Of a stretch of DNA of 64,000 bases, positions 1 through 8,117 are shown piece by piece. Source of the stretch: Gammaproteobacteria bacterium (lineage in GTDB: Bacteria; Pseudomonadota; Gammaproteobacteria; Eutrophobiales; Eutrophobiaceae); assembly GCA_038922795.1 (NCBI GenBank), contig JBCKWI010000001.1, positions 24,033 through 88,032 on the forward strand, read 5' to 3'. Positions within the stretch are counted from its first letter, which is position 1. Every line of letters begins with the position of its first letter. Below the pieces are notes generated by a model. The model worked only from the letters and a program-made list of their open reading frames with translations, was not told the DNA's origin and did no database searches. The translations under genes and the position numbers were made by a program.

Positions 1-445
1 ATTTTCTGAGTAGCGCAATGATTGCGGAAGGATCAGTGGCCGATAATATTGCCCCGGTCAACAATGCGGCAATCCAGGGGAACCCTGAAGGATGATCAAT
101 TCCGTAATAGACGCCGATGGCAATGATACCGGCAGATACCAGTAATAACGGCAATGTGAGCATGAAAACCGGCAGGATATTTTCCCTGAGCGCCCGGACA
201 TCCGTCATGATCGCCGCCTGAAAAATCAATATGGGCAATATAAGGTGGATGATTAACGGCCTGAAATTCTCCCAGTTGATTCCAATATCAATACCAAAAC
301 CTCTGGTTGCGATTTCGGAACTGCCATATCCAAGTATTATCAGGAAAATACTGAACGGGATTTTCAGCTTTTCAATCAAGGGGGCGAGGAGCGCCGCCAC
401 CAGAAGCAGCAGCATGAAAAATACGAAAGCATTAACGCTCAGCAT
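1..445 (-). CDS. Cation:proton (Na+/H+) antiporter, CPA1/NhaP-like, N-terminal 148 codons; gene continues past the left edge
   Basis: Own translation of the minus strand from ATG at 445: MLSVNAFVFFMLLLLVAALLAPLIEKLKIPFSIFLIILGYGSSE...LLTGAILSATDPSAIIALLRK. It consists of hydrophobic helices and has the SATDP motif typical of CPA1 exchangers. It is absent from the ORF track because there is no stop in the window. Track ORF 231..455(+) is its antisense shadow. Confidence 0.6.
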   Translation of the reverse strand, partial: MLSVNAFVFFMLLLLVAALLAPLIEKLKIPFSIFLIILGYGSSEIATRGFGIDIGINWENFRPLIIHLILPILIFQAAIMTDVRALRENILPVFMLTLPLLLVSAGIIAIGVYYGIDHPSGFPWIAALLTGAILSATDPSAIIALLRK

Positions 446-506
446 TACAACATGACCACCAGGAAACGATACATCCCTGTAACTTCTCCACAAGTCTTAA
501 CACAAA

Positions 507-1124
507 TCATGTTTTACGGTAGTGACGCGCTATCCAGTAGTCGACACTGATATATTTTCCTCCGCCAAGGAAAAACAAGGCCAGCAGCATAATAAAATAT
601 GTGGCTGCCCATTCGATGCCGTTATTTGAGACCACAAAATTACCATGTTCAGTCAGCCAGCTGTAATTACCATGTTCTTTCAGGATATCCCTGGCTCGGC
701 CCAGACGTTCGATGGCTTCACCGGCATGGACCGACGCATGCGGACTCATCGGATCATGAATGGCCTGCCAGCCATTATCGATATGAACCGCCACAGCAGC
801 CACAACCATGGTGATCATCAACGGTATGCATATCCAGCGTGTGGCCAGTCCCAGTGCCAGCAGGATGGCGCCAAAATATTCCGCGGACCAGGCTATGTAG
901 GCATTCAGGACAGGGAAAGGCAGTTTCAGGCCATGCTCAAACCATTGAATGACGGAATCCAGCGAACTGTTGCTGTCAAACGGATTCCACTTGTTATTAC
1001 CCGCCACCCAGAAGATGGGCACCAGATAAACACGCAGCAGTAATGAGCCAATAAATGCGAAGTGCTCACGGATCTTGTCGAGGATACCCTGTGCGAGACC
1101 CAGTAATCGGATTAAAGCTGTCAT
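507..1124 (-). CDS. DoxX family membrane protein (HvfX-like accessory of the RiPP operon)
   Basis: Track ORF 507..1148. The internal ATG at 1124 is preferred because GGAGGAG lies just upstream. The protein is multi-TM and DoxX-like (LLLRVYLVPIFWVAGNNKW, AEYFGAILLALGLATRW). It is the last gene of the co-directional cluster 507..4790. Confidence 0.7.
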   Translation of the reverse strand: MTALIRLLGLAQGILDKIREHFAFIGSLLLRVYLVPIFWVAGNNKWNPFDSNSSLDSVIQWFEHGLKLPFPVLNAYIAWSAEYFGAILLALGLATRWICIPLMITMVVAAVAVHIDNGWQAIHDPMSPHASVHAGEAIERLGRARDILKEHGNYSWLTEHGNFVVSNNGIEWAATYFIMLLALFFLGGGKYISVDYWIARHYRKT

Positions 1125-1180
1125 CTCTCCTCCATTAGTTAATTGCATGTAGCTAATCTTTTGAGTCTTGAATCATTTTT

Positions 1181-2701
1181 TCAGGTAACTGATTTCACGG
1201 AATCGCGGCCCACATCGGGATGTAATCTGTACAGGGCCATAGACAGACCATTATCGGTCACTATCCGCGCATGATCACGCCGTAACTGCCGCGGACTTTC
1301 AACGCCGCAGGAATGCGCAAGAGTCCCGACCTCCTTGACCATATTTTTCTGATAGTGCATCACCCGCACCGCCTTTTCCTCCGGCACCAGTCCATGTTGC
1401 AGTTTCTTGTTATGGGTTGTAATGCCGGTCGGACAGGTATTTTTGTTACATTGCAACGCCTGTATACAACCCAGGGCAAACATAAAGCCACGGGCGGAAT
1501 TGATAAAATCAGCACCGATGCAAAGTGCCCAGGCCACATCGGCAGGCGTGACGAGTTTTCCGGAGGCAACGACCTTGACCCGGTCGCGTAGACCATGCTC
1601 ATTCAGTTTATCGACCAGCATGGGCAGGCTTTCGCGCAATGGCAGTCCCATATCATCCATTAATGGCATGGGCGCGGCACCCGAACCGCCTTCGGCGCTG
1701 TCAACCGTAATAAAATCGGGCGCGCTCTCAATACCACGTTTGTTTATTTCGGTGAACAGTTCATCGAGCCAGACAGAAGAACCTATCACCGCCTTGTAAC
1801 CGGTCGGCAAGCCGGTCACGTTACGGATATGATCGATCATGTCCAGCAGTTGCTGGTTGTCGGCAATCTCCGGAAAACGGTTCGGGCTGATGGAATCCTC
1901 GCCCGCCGGGATACCACGTATGCGTGCGATCTCTTCTGTGACCTTGCCGCCCGGCAATATCCCGCCCTTACCCGGTTTGGCGCCCTGACTTAATTTGATC
2001 TCGAACATTTTAATCTGCGGATGACTGGCCAGTTCCCGTAATTTGTCATCGCAGAGATTTCCATTCAGATCACGCACGCCATATTTTGCGGTTCCCATCT
2101 GGAACACAATATCGGCGCCACCTTCGAGATGATAGGGGGACAAACCACCCTCTCCTGTATTCATCCAGCAACCTGCCATGCGTGCCCCATTGGATAATGC
2201 GAGAACGGCAGGCATTGAGATGGCGCCATAGCTCATAGCGGATATATTGAAGAATGAGGATGTGGTATAGGGTTTTCTGCTATCGGGGCCGACGGTGACC
2301 TGCTCCGGTTCAACTGCATCTATACCCAGTGTGGGGAAAGGGCAATTGACGAACAGTACCGTCCCGGGCACCCTCAGATCGCGGGTAGAACCAAAGGCAA
2401 TGGTGTTATCGAGGTTCTTTGCGGCGCGGTAGACCCAGGAACGTTGCGCCCGGTTGAACGGCATCTCTTCCCGATCCATGGCGAAGAAATACTGGCGGAA
2501 AAATTCGCCCAGCTTTTCGAAGAAATAACGGAAATGACCAACAACGGGATAATTGCGTCTTATCGCATGTTTGGTCTGGCTGACGTCGAGTATATAGACA
2601 ATGATGACCGCAATAACCGCGACCCCGACCATAAATACAAACAACGCCACCAGGAACTCAAGGGTGACAAACAAAAAACTTTGGAATTGCTCCGATATCA
2701 T
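1181..2701 (-). CDS. FMN-binding glutamate synthase family protein (GltB domain-2-like), N-terminal membrane anchor
   Basis: 506 aa. An N-terminal TM helix is followed by RNYPVVGHFRYFFEKLGEFFRQYF, NTGEGG, KLSQGAKPGKGGILPG and DSAEGGSGAAP, motifs I recognise from stand-alone glutamate-synthase-like FMN enzymes. Confidence 0.8.
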   Translation of the reverse strand: MISEQFQSFLFVTLEFLVALFVFMVGVAVIAVIIVYILDVSQTKHAIRRNYPVVGHFRYFFEKLGEFFRQYFFAMDREEMPFNRAQRSWVYRAAKNLDNTIAFGSTRDLRVPGTVLFVNCPFPTLGIDAVEPEQVTVGPDSRKPYTTSSFFNISAMSYGAISMPAVLALSNGARMAGCWMNTGEGGLSPYHLEGGADIVFQMGTAKYGVRDLNGNLCDDKLRELASHPQIKMFEIKLSQGAKPGKGGILPGGKVTEEIARIRGIPAGEDSISPNRFPEIADNQQLLDMIDHIRNVTGLPTGYKAVIGSSVWLDELFTEINKRGIESAPDFITVDSAEGGSGAAPMPLMDDMGLPLRESLPMLVDKLNEHGLRDRVKVVASGKLVTPADVAWALCIGADFINSARGFMFALGCIQALQCNKNTCPTGITTHNKKLQHGLVPEEKAVRVMHYQKNMVKEVGTLAHSCGVESPRQLRRDHARIVTDNGLSMALYRLHPDVGRDSVKSVT

Positions 2702-2763
2702 GGACTGTACCCCGGCTGATGATCAGTATCAGATTATTATTGGAATCTTCCTGCCTGACTGGC

Positions 2764-3528
2764 TTATTTTACGCCCAGCAGGATATCTTTCTGTAAGAAA
2801 TTCTGCATAGTTTCAAGACCACCCCTGATCACGACTTCGAGGTTGGGGTGTTTGAGTTCTGCTGCAATGCTTTCAAGAAGTCCGCGGCCAGTCTGGCCGG
2901 TATCCATCTGGATCATCTCCAGCAGACGGGCGGAAACCGGGTTCAATTCGGTAAAACCTACCTTATGATGACGGTCGCGATAAACCACGATGTAAGTGGG
3001 TTGGCCAGGCGCCTCCTGTGGCTGTAACGCCGGGCTGATGGTATGGACAGGGAATTGATAGCTCAATGGCAAGGCCAGCGGGCTCATGACCGGTATGCCT
3101 TCCAGTAAATCACCGGCTGGATTGATGCCTGTCCAACTGATGTCCCGGGTATCCAGCGAGACCGCGAGTTCTATCCATTCGTAATGGGCCAGTTCCAGCA
3201 GGAAGGGTGGGTCATCTTCCGCATCGCGTTCCTGTTCCAGGTATTGCAGGAATTCCCGCGGCATCTTCGGGAATAACGGGGTGTGCGCCCGGTGGCGTTT
3301 GAAATAATCGCGGATCATCGCATGCCAGCGATCATCTGGGGTAATCTTGCGTAATACCGGAAAACTGTTGGCGATAAATCCTTCTACATTACGGTACAAC
3401 AGACCCCGGTAGATCTCCATGCGGCGGTCTTCAATATCCGGTGGGGCCGGTTGATTTTCCGGATCACGAATATGCCGGGTGAATCCGTACTGTATCTCCT
3501 GGAAACGGGGTTTAGGCGTGATGGGCAT
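2764..3528 (-). CDS. hvfC: DUF2063 domain protein, HvfC/BufC-type RiPP maturation partner
   Basis: Track ORF 2764..3582. The start is placed at ATG 3528 ([24 protein letters not shown]), which overlaps the upstream MNIO gene by 17 nt. Size and N-terminal pattern fit DUF2063, and it sits immediately after a DUF692 gene. Confidence 0.7.
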   Translation of the reverse strand: MPITPKPRFQEIQYGFTRHIRDPENQPAPPDIEDRRMEIYRGLLYRNVEGFIANSFPVLRKITPDDRWHAMIRDYFKRHRAHTPLFPKMPREFLQYLEQERDAEDDPPFLLELAHYEWIELAVSLDTRDISWTGINPAGDLLEGIPVMSPLALPLSYQFPVHTISPALQPQEAPGQPTYIVVYRDRHHKVGFTELNPVSARLLEMIQMDTGQTGRGLLESIAAELKHPNLEVVIRGGLETMQNFLQKDILLGVK

Positions 3529-4378
3529 GTGTGTCTTTTGTTTCCTTTTGATACCTTCGCTGCATACTGGAGATCTGTTCAACTTCTTTCAGGAGTATTC
3601 CCAGCGGCGGGATATTGAAGTCACGTTCAAGCAGGGTCGGAAACACACCGAAATGTGCATAGGCCTTTGCCAGTAAATCCCATACCGGATCGATCACATC
3701 GGAACCGTGGGTATCGACCCGCAGATCCTCGGCCTCTACGTAATGGCCGGCTATATGGGCATAGGCGATGCGCTCACCGGGCAAGGACTGCAGAAAGGTT
3801 TCCGCATCATAACGATGGTTGATGCTGTTGACATAGATATTGTTGATATCGAGATGCAGATAACAATCCGCTGCTTCAAGAACAGCATTGATGAATTCGA
3901 TTTCCGGCATCTCCTGGCCGGGTGCTGCATAGTAGGAGACGTTCTCAATTGCCATGCGCCGCCCGATGATGTCCTGGGTACGCCGGATACGTTCTGCAAC
4001 ATAGTGCACGGCTTCTTCAGTAAACGGGATGGGCATGAGGTCATACAGATGACCGTCATCCGCGCAATAGCTCAGGTGTTCGCTGTAACAACGGATGCTA
4101 TGGGTATCCAGAAATTGACTGACCTTGTGCAGGAATGCCTCATCCAGCGGCGCGGGACCGCCCAGATTCAGTGAGAGACCATGACAGACAATAGGGATGC
4201 GTTCAGATATTGCCCGGAACAGATGACCGTAACGGCCGCCGACATCGATCCAGTTCTCCGGGGCAACCTCCATGAAATCAATTTGTGTAGGAAATTGATC
4301 TGCGAGCGGGCCGATGAAGGCCCGCCGCAGACCCAGACCTGCACCCCTTACAGGATACTTGCTGTTATCGGGGGGCAT
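3512..4378 (-). CDS. hvfB: DUF692 / multinuclear non-heme iron oxidase (MNIO), HvfB/BufB-type peptide maturase
   Basis: Track ORF 3512..4678 is over-extended into the precursor repeat. The true ATG is at 4378 ([21 protein letters not shown]...). DUF692 motifs present: [45 protein letters not shown]. Confidence 0.85.
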   Translation of the reverse strand: MPPDNSKYPVRGAGLGLRRAFIGPLADQFPTQIDFMEVAPENWIDVGGRYGHLFRAISERIPIVCHGLSLNLGGPAPLDEAFLHKVSQFLDTHSIRCYSEHLSYCADDGHLYDLMPIPFTEEAVHYVAERIRRTQDIIGRRMAIENVSYYAAPGQEMPEIEFINAVLEAADCYLHLDINNIYVNSINHRYDAETFLQSLPGERIAYAHIAGHYVEAEDLRVDTHGSDVIDPVWDLLAKAYAHFGVFPTLLERDFNIPPLGILLKEVEQISSMQRRYQKETKDTHAHHA

Positions 4379-4403
4379 GGCGTTGTAACCAGACAAAGCC
4401 TGA

Positions 4404-4790
4404 TTATTTACCCCCGCCTTCAGCCTTGCCTTCGCCTTCAACCTTGCCTTCGCCGCACTTGCCTTCGCCTTCAGCCTTGCCTTCACCGCACTTGCCTTCG
4501 CCTTCAACCTTGCCTTCGCCTTCAGCCTTGCCTTCACCGCACTTGCCTTCGCCTTCAGCCTTGCCTTCACCGCACTTACCTTCGCCGCACTTGCCTTCGC
4601 CTTCAGCCTTGCCTTCAACCTTTTTCTCTTCACCGCACTTGCCTTCTTCGGCAACCATGTAACCGCTGGACAGGTCATTCAGTGCAAACGGATTTTCGGC
4701 AGCCTGAACGATGATCGGGCTGGCAGCCAGGGATACAACAAAGGTGGTGCCAAGGGCTGCTGCGATGGGTTTTAAAGTCTTCTTGCTCAT
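4404..4790 (-). CDS. hvfA: RiPP precursor, HvfA / EGKCG-repeat class (secreted Cys-containing metallophore precursor)
   Basis: 128 aa. The Sec-type leader is [30 protein letters not shown]|AE. The core is made of E/G/K/A/V residues with six Cys, each in G-K-C-G-E (residues 52, 68, 73, 84, 101, 112). A GAGGA RBS lies upstream. The MNIO gene starts 25 nt downstream. Confidence 0.85.
   Translation of the reverse strand: MSKKTLKPIAAALGTTFVVSLAASPIIVQAAENPFALNDLSSGYMVAEEGKCGEEKKVEGKAEGEGKCGEGKCGEGKAEGEGKCGEGKAEGEGKVEGEGKCGEGKAEGEGKCGEGKVEGEGKAEGGGK
4407..4652. repeat. Periodic coding repeat (15/30-nt units) encoding the [11 protein letters not shown] core of the precursor
   Basis: Reiterated gccttcgccttcagccttgccttcaccgcacttgccttc units. 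They produce spurious long ORFs in other frames and on the other strand ([20 protein letters not shown]). Confidence 0.9.
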
Positions 4791-4814
4791 TGAGGATTCC
4801 TCTTGGGATTTTTG

Positions 4815-4836
4815 AAAAAAAGGCCATTTCTGGCCT
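4815..4836 (-). terminator. Intrinsic-terminator-like hairpin (AGGCCA-gaaa-TGGCCT followed by T7 on the minus strand)
   Basis: Minus strand reads AGGCCAGAAATGGCCTTTTTTT. It lies about 160 nt downstream of the lysS stop and only 24 nt upstream of the hvfA ATG. The stem is short (6 bp). Confidence 0.45.
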
Positions 4837-4995
4837 GGTTAAAACCATGGTAAGGGAACAATCAGTCCTTCCCTCTATGTGATTAATTAATTTAACGGAA
4901 ACCAGTGTTGTAACTGTTACATCAATATATTTAACACTTGCCTATAGACTCACATTAACTCCAAATGTTTCAATCAACAGGGAATATTCATGCCC

Positions 4996-6480
4996 TTATT
5001 TGGGGCGCATGTGTGGAAACAGGATGACATCCCGTATGGAGGGAGAATCAGTCAGCAACATAACCAGCCGATCTATGCCGATACCTTCGCCGGCCGCAGG
5101 TGGCATGCCATATTCCAGCGCTGTAATGTAATCGGCATCATAGTGCATTGCTTCATCATTACCGGAATCCCTATCCTCCACCTGTTTGCGGAAACGCTCT
5201 GCCTGGTCATCCGGATCGTTCAGTTCGGAGAAACCATTGGCTATCTCTCGGCCACCGATAAATAACTCAAACCGGTCAGTCACGTCAGGATCGGTATCCG
5301 AACGACGGGCCAGTGGTGAGACCTCGGTTGGATAGGCGGTAATGAAAGCAGGTTGTTTGAGGTTGGGTTCCACCGTCTTTTCAAAAATCTCGATCAGGAC
5401 CTTGCCGGGACCGTCATTATTTTCAACAGGGATATCGAGATTCCGGGCAACAGCGCACAATGATTCCAATGATTCAAGATCACCGGTATGGAGCCCCTGA
5501 TTAAATTTCAGGACAGCCTCTTTTACAGTCATGTTCTCGAATGGCTGGCCCAGGTCATAGGATTCACCCTGATAACGGATTTTTGTATCACCCAGGACTT
5601 CCTGCGCCAGGCCCTTTATCATAGCCTCCGTCAATATCATGAGGTCACGGTAACCGGCATAGGCCTGGTAAAATTCCAGCATCGTGAACTCAGGATTATG
5701 CCGCGGCGACAATCCTTCATTGCGAAAACTGCGGTTGATCTCGAACACCTTTTCTATCCCGCCCACGACCAGACGCTTCAGATAAAGCTCCGGCGCAACA
5801 CGTAAATACATTTGCATATCCAGTGTATTGTGATGAGTGATGAACGGGCGGGCGGTGGCGCCACCGGGAATCACCTGCAACATGGGAGTTTCTACCTCGA
5901 TAAATCCTGAGTCCCTGAGATAGCTGCGGATAAAATCAATCGTCTTTGACCGAATGGCAAAAGTACGGCGTGTTTCTTCGTTGGTGATTAAATCCAGATA
6001 ACGCTGCCGGTAACGGGTTTCATGATCGGTCAGGCCATGGAATTTTTCCGGCAATGGCCGCAGGGATTTTGCCAGCAGCTCGATGTGATTAACGTGTACG
6101 GAAAGTTCACCGGTTTTTGTTTTAAACAATGTCCCTTCAGCGCCAAGGATATCACCCAGGTCCCATTGCTTGAATTCGTCATATTGTCCTTCCGGCAGAT
6201 CATCACGTTTCACATAGATCTGTATACGGCCGGACATATCCTGCACATGGGCAAAAGCAGCCTTGCCCATAATACGGCGTGTCATCATGCGGCCTGCAAT
6301 CTTGACATTGACCGCCAGTTGCCCAAGCTCCGCCTGGTCCTTGCCTGTAAATTCAGCATGTAAATCCGCAGCCAATGCATTGCGCCGGAAATGATTAGGG
6401 TAGGCATTGCCTTTCTCACGCAACTGCTGCAACTGTGCACGTCGTTGAGCTATCAGATCGTTATCGTTGTTATCAGACAT
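4996..6480 (-). CDS. lysS: Lysine--tRNA ligase (class II)
   Basis: Track ORF 4996..6525. The start is placed at ATG 6480 ([29 protein letters not shown]), which excludes the upstream repeat element. Class II motifs are present ([35 protein letters not shown]). Confidence 0.95.
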   Translation of the reverse strand: MSDNNDNDLIAQRRAQLQQLREKGNAYPNHFRRNALAADLHAEFTGKDQAELGQLAVNVKIAGRMMTRRIMGKAAFAHVQDMSGRIQIYVKRDDLPEGQYDEFKQWDLGDILGAEGTLFKTKTGELSVHVNHIELLAKSLRPLPEKFHGLTDHETRYRQRYLDLITNEETRRTFAIRSKTIDFIRSYLRDSGFIEVETPMLQVIPGGATARPFITHHNTLDMQMYLRVAPELYLKRLVVGGIEKVFEINRSFRNEGLSPRHNPEFTMLEFYQAYAGYRDLMILTEAMIKGLAQEVLGDTKIRYQGESYDLGQPFENMTVKEAVLKFNQGLHTGDLESLESLCAVARNLDIPVENNDGPGKVLIEIFEKTVEPNLKQPAFITAYPTEVSPLARRSDTDPDVTDRFELFIGGREIANGFSELNDPDDQAERFRKQVEDRDSGNDEAMHYDADYITALEYGMPPAAGEGIGIDRLVMLLTDSPSIRDVILFPHMRPK

Positions 6481-6790
6481 ATATGGTATTTGGTATGTAG
6501 TAGATGGTATATGGGGACTAATCACTATTTACCGTCGTGTATAGTTTATTCAACATTTTAGCAACTGATTCAATTTCCAATAATTGTTGATTATCAATTT
6601 GTAAATAATCCAAATCTCCGCAGAGAATAAAATAATATCTCAGTTCCTCTGTATGCCGATATACGTTCAGGACTATATTATGTGCCAGCCTCCAGACTTC
6701 CAGTTGCTTAAAATTATTTATCGTCATCTGTGACTCCTCTCCTTATTAATCTCATATCCCAACTACCATATCCCAACTACCACCTACTAC
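6481..6790. repeat. Palindromic GGTAG/CTACC element, copy 1, carrying a four-helix-bundle gene remnant
   Basis: Left arm 6481..6516: atatggtatttggtatgtagtagatggtatatgggga. Right arm 6752..6790: tcatatcccaactaccatatcccaactaccacctactac. The arms are inverted relative to each other and bracket ORF 6518..6727. Confidence 0.7.
6518..6727 (-). pseudogene. Four-helix-bundle (23S rRNA intervening-sequence type) protein gene, internally deleted
   Basis: 69 aa. The N-terminus FKQLEVWRLAHNIVLNVY and the C-terminal EELRYYFILCGDLDYL...VAKMLNKL match the ends of the ~120-aa family. The central FP..E....Q.RRAA.SI..NIAEG segment is missing. Confidence 0.55.
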
Positions 6791-7885
6791 AGTCCGCTTT
6801 TAAGACTTGCCTCAATAAACCGGTCCAAATCACCATCCAGTACCGCCTGGGTATTCCCCGTTTCAACTCCGGTACGCAGGTCCTTAATGCGGGATTGATC
6901 CAGCACGTATGATCTAATCTGGCTGCCCCAGCCGATATCAGCCTTGGCATCTTCCTGCGCCTGTTTCGCTGCATTGCGTTTCTGCATTTCAAGCTCATAC
7001 AGCTTGGCACGCAACTGGCTCATGGCCTGGTCCTTGTTTTTGTGTTGCGAGCGCTGGTTCTGGCATTGTACAACGATACCAGACGGGTTATGAGTAATAC
7101 GCACTGCTGAATCGGTCTTGTTGACGTGCTGCCCGCCTGCCCCGCTGGATCGGTAGGTATCAATGCGCAGATCAGCCGGGTTAATCTCGATATCAATCGT
7201 CTCATCGACTTCCGGTGATACAAACACCGAGGCAAACGAAGTATGCCGGCGGTTGTTGGAATCAAAAGGGGATTTACGCACGAGTCGGTGCACGCCCGTT
7301 TCAGTGCGCAGCCAACCGTAGGCATAATCCCCTGCATATTTAATCGTCGCACTCTTGATCCCGGCAACTTCACCGGGGGATATTTCGATCAATTCCGTAT
7401 TGAAACCATGCTGTTCCCCCCAACGCAGATACATGCGCAATAACATCTCGGCCCAGTCCTGGGCTTCAGTCCCGCCGGAACCGGATTGAATATCGAGATA
7501 GGCATTATTGGCATCCATCTCACCGGAAAACATGCGGCGGAACTCCAGTTCCTCGACTTTCTTTTCATATTTGTCAACGTCCTTCGCTACCGCCTGAACT
7601 GTGTCAGCATCCTTTTCCTCGGCGGCAATGGACAATAATTCAGAGGCATCGCGTAATCCCTCTTCTATTTCACGGATATAATCAACGATGAGTTCCAGAG
7701 ACGCGCGTTCTTTGCCCAGTGACTGGGCACGCTCGGGATTGTCCCATATCTTTGGTACAGCCAGTTCGTGCTCGACTTCTACCAGCCGCTCAGCCTTGTT
7801 GTCATAGTCAAAGATACCCCCTAAGGGAAGTCACTCGTTCCCGCAGATCCTTGATCTGGGCTAAAACCGGGTTGATCTCAAGCAT
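6787..7885 (-). CDS. prfB: Peptide chain release factor 2, requires programmed +1 frameshift at 7810
   Basis: Frame 0 runs 7885..7811 ([25 protein letters not shown]) and ends at an in-frame TGA. The +1 frame runs 7809..6787 (341 codons including stop, continuous with track ORF 6787..7635). It contains the SPF and GGQ motifs (SGAGGQHVN). Confidence 0.95.
7807..7822 (-). promoter_or_regulatory. prfB +1 frameshift site: AGGGGG TAT CTT TGA C
   Basis: Minus strand reads CTT AGG GGG TAT CTT TGA CTA TGA C. This is the canonical internal SD-like AGGGGG, the slippery CUU and the UGA-C context. Confidence 0.9.
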
Positions 7886-7960
7886 GTCAGGTATTTTTCT
7901 CTAATGAATTAGTTCGGAGCGCACATTGTAATCGGAAGGAGAAAATCCGCTAAGCTTTTT

Positions 7961-8020
7961 GTAGGAGCGGGCCATGCCCGCGAAAGATGTTTTTTCATCG
8001 CACGCAAGGCGTGCTCCTAC
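7961..8020. repeat. REP-type hairpin, family GTAGGAGC...GCTCCTAC, copy 1
   Basis: gtaggagcgggccatgcccgcgaaa...cgcacgcaaggcgtgctcctac. The terminal arms are inverted. Confidence 0.8.
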
Positions 8021-8062
8021 CACAAATCGTTGATCCATATCTATTGGGGCAGGCCACAACCC

Positions 8063-8117
8063 GTAGGAGCGTGCCGTGCACGCGAAAATGCATATCGCAT
8101 GCAGGGCATGCTCCTAC
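8063..8117. repeat. REP-type hairpin, family GTAGGAGC...GCTCCTAC, copy 2 (overlaps recJ stop)
   Basis: gtaggagcgtgccgtgcacgcgaaaatgcatatcgcatgcagggcatgctcctac. Confidence 0.8.

Noticed and set aside
231-455. 74-aa plus-strand ORF at the left edge
   Set aside because: It lies antisense to a much more convincing minus-strand membrane-transporter reading frame that runs off the window.
3512-4678. 388-aa version of the MNIO ORF with an N-terminal [10 protein letters not shown] repeat region
   Set aside because: The first 100 codons are another-frame reading of the hvfA EGKCG repeat DNA. The DUF692 homology starts at the internal ATG 4378, just after the precursor stop.
4181-4714. Plus-strand ORFs 4181..4714 and 4426..4662 ([26 protein letters not shown] repeats)
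   Set aside because: They are antisense translations of the periodic precursor repeat and of the MNIO gene. They are low-complexity artefacts with no start context.
4853-4874. CueR/MerR-type copper operator in the hvfA leader
   Set aside because: The AGGGAA-N10-TTCCCT dyad does not match the remembered CueR box geometry or an obvious -35/-10 with 19-20 bp spacing. It is kept only as an unassigned dyad in the leader finding.
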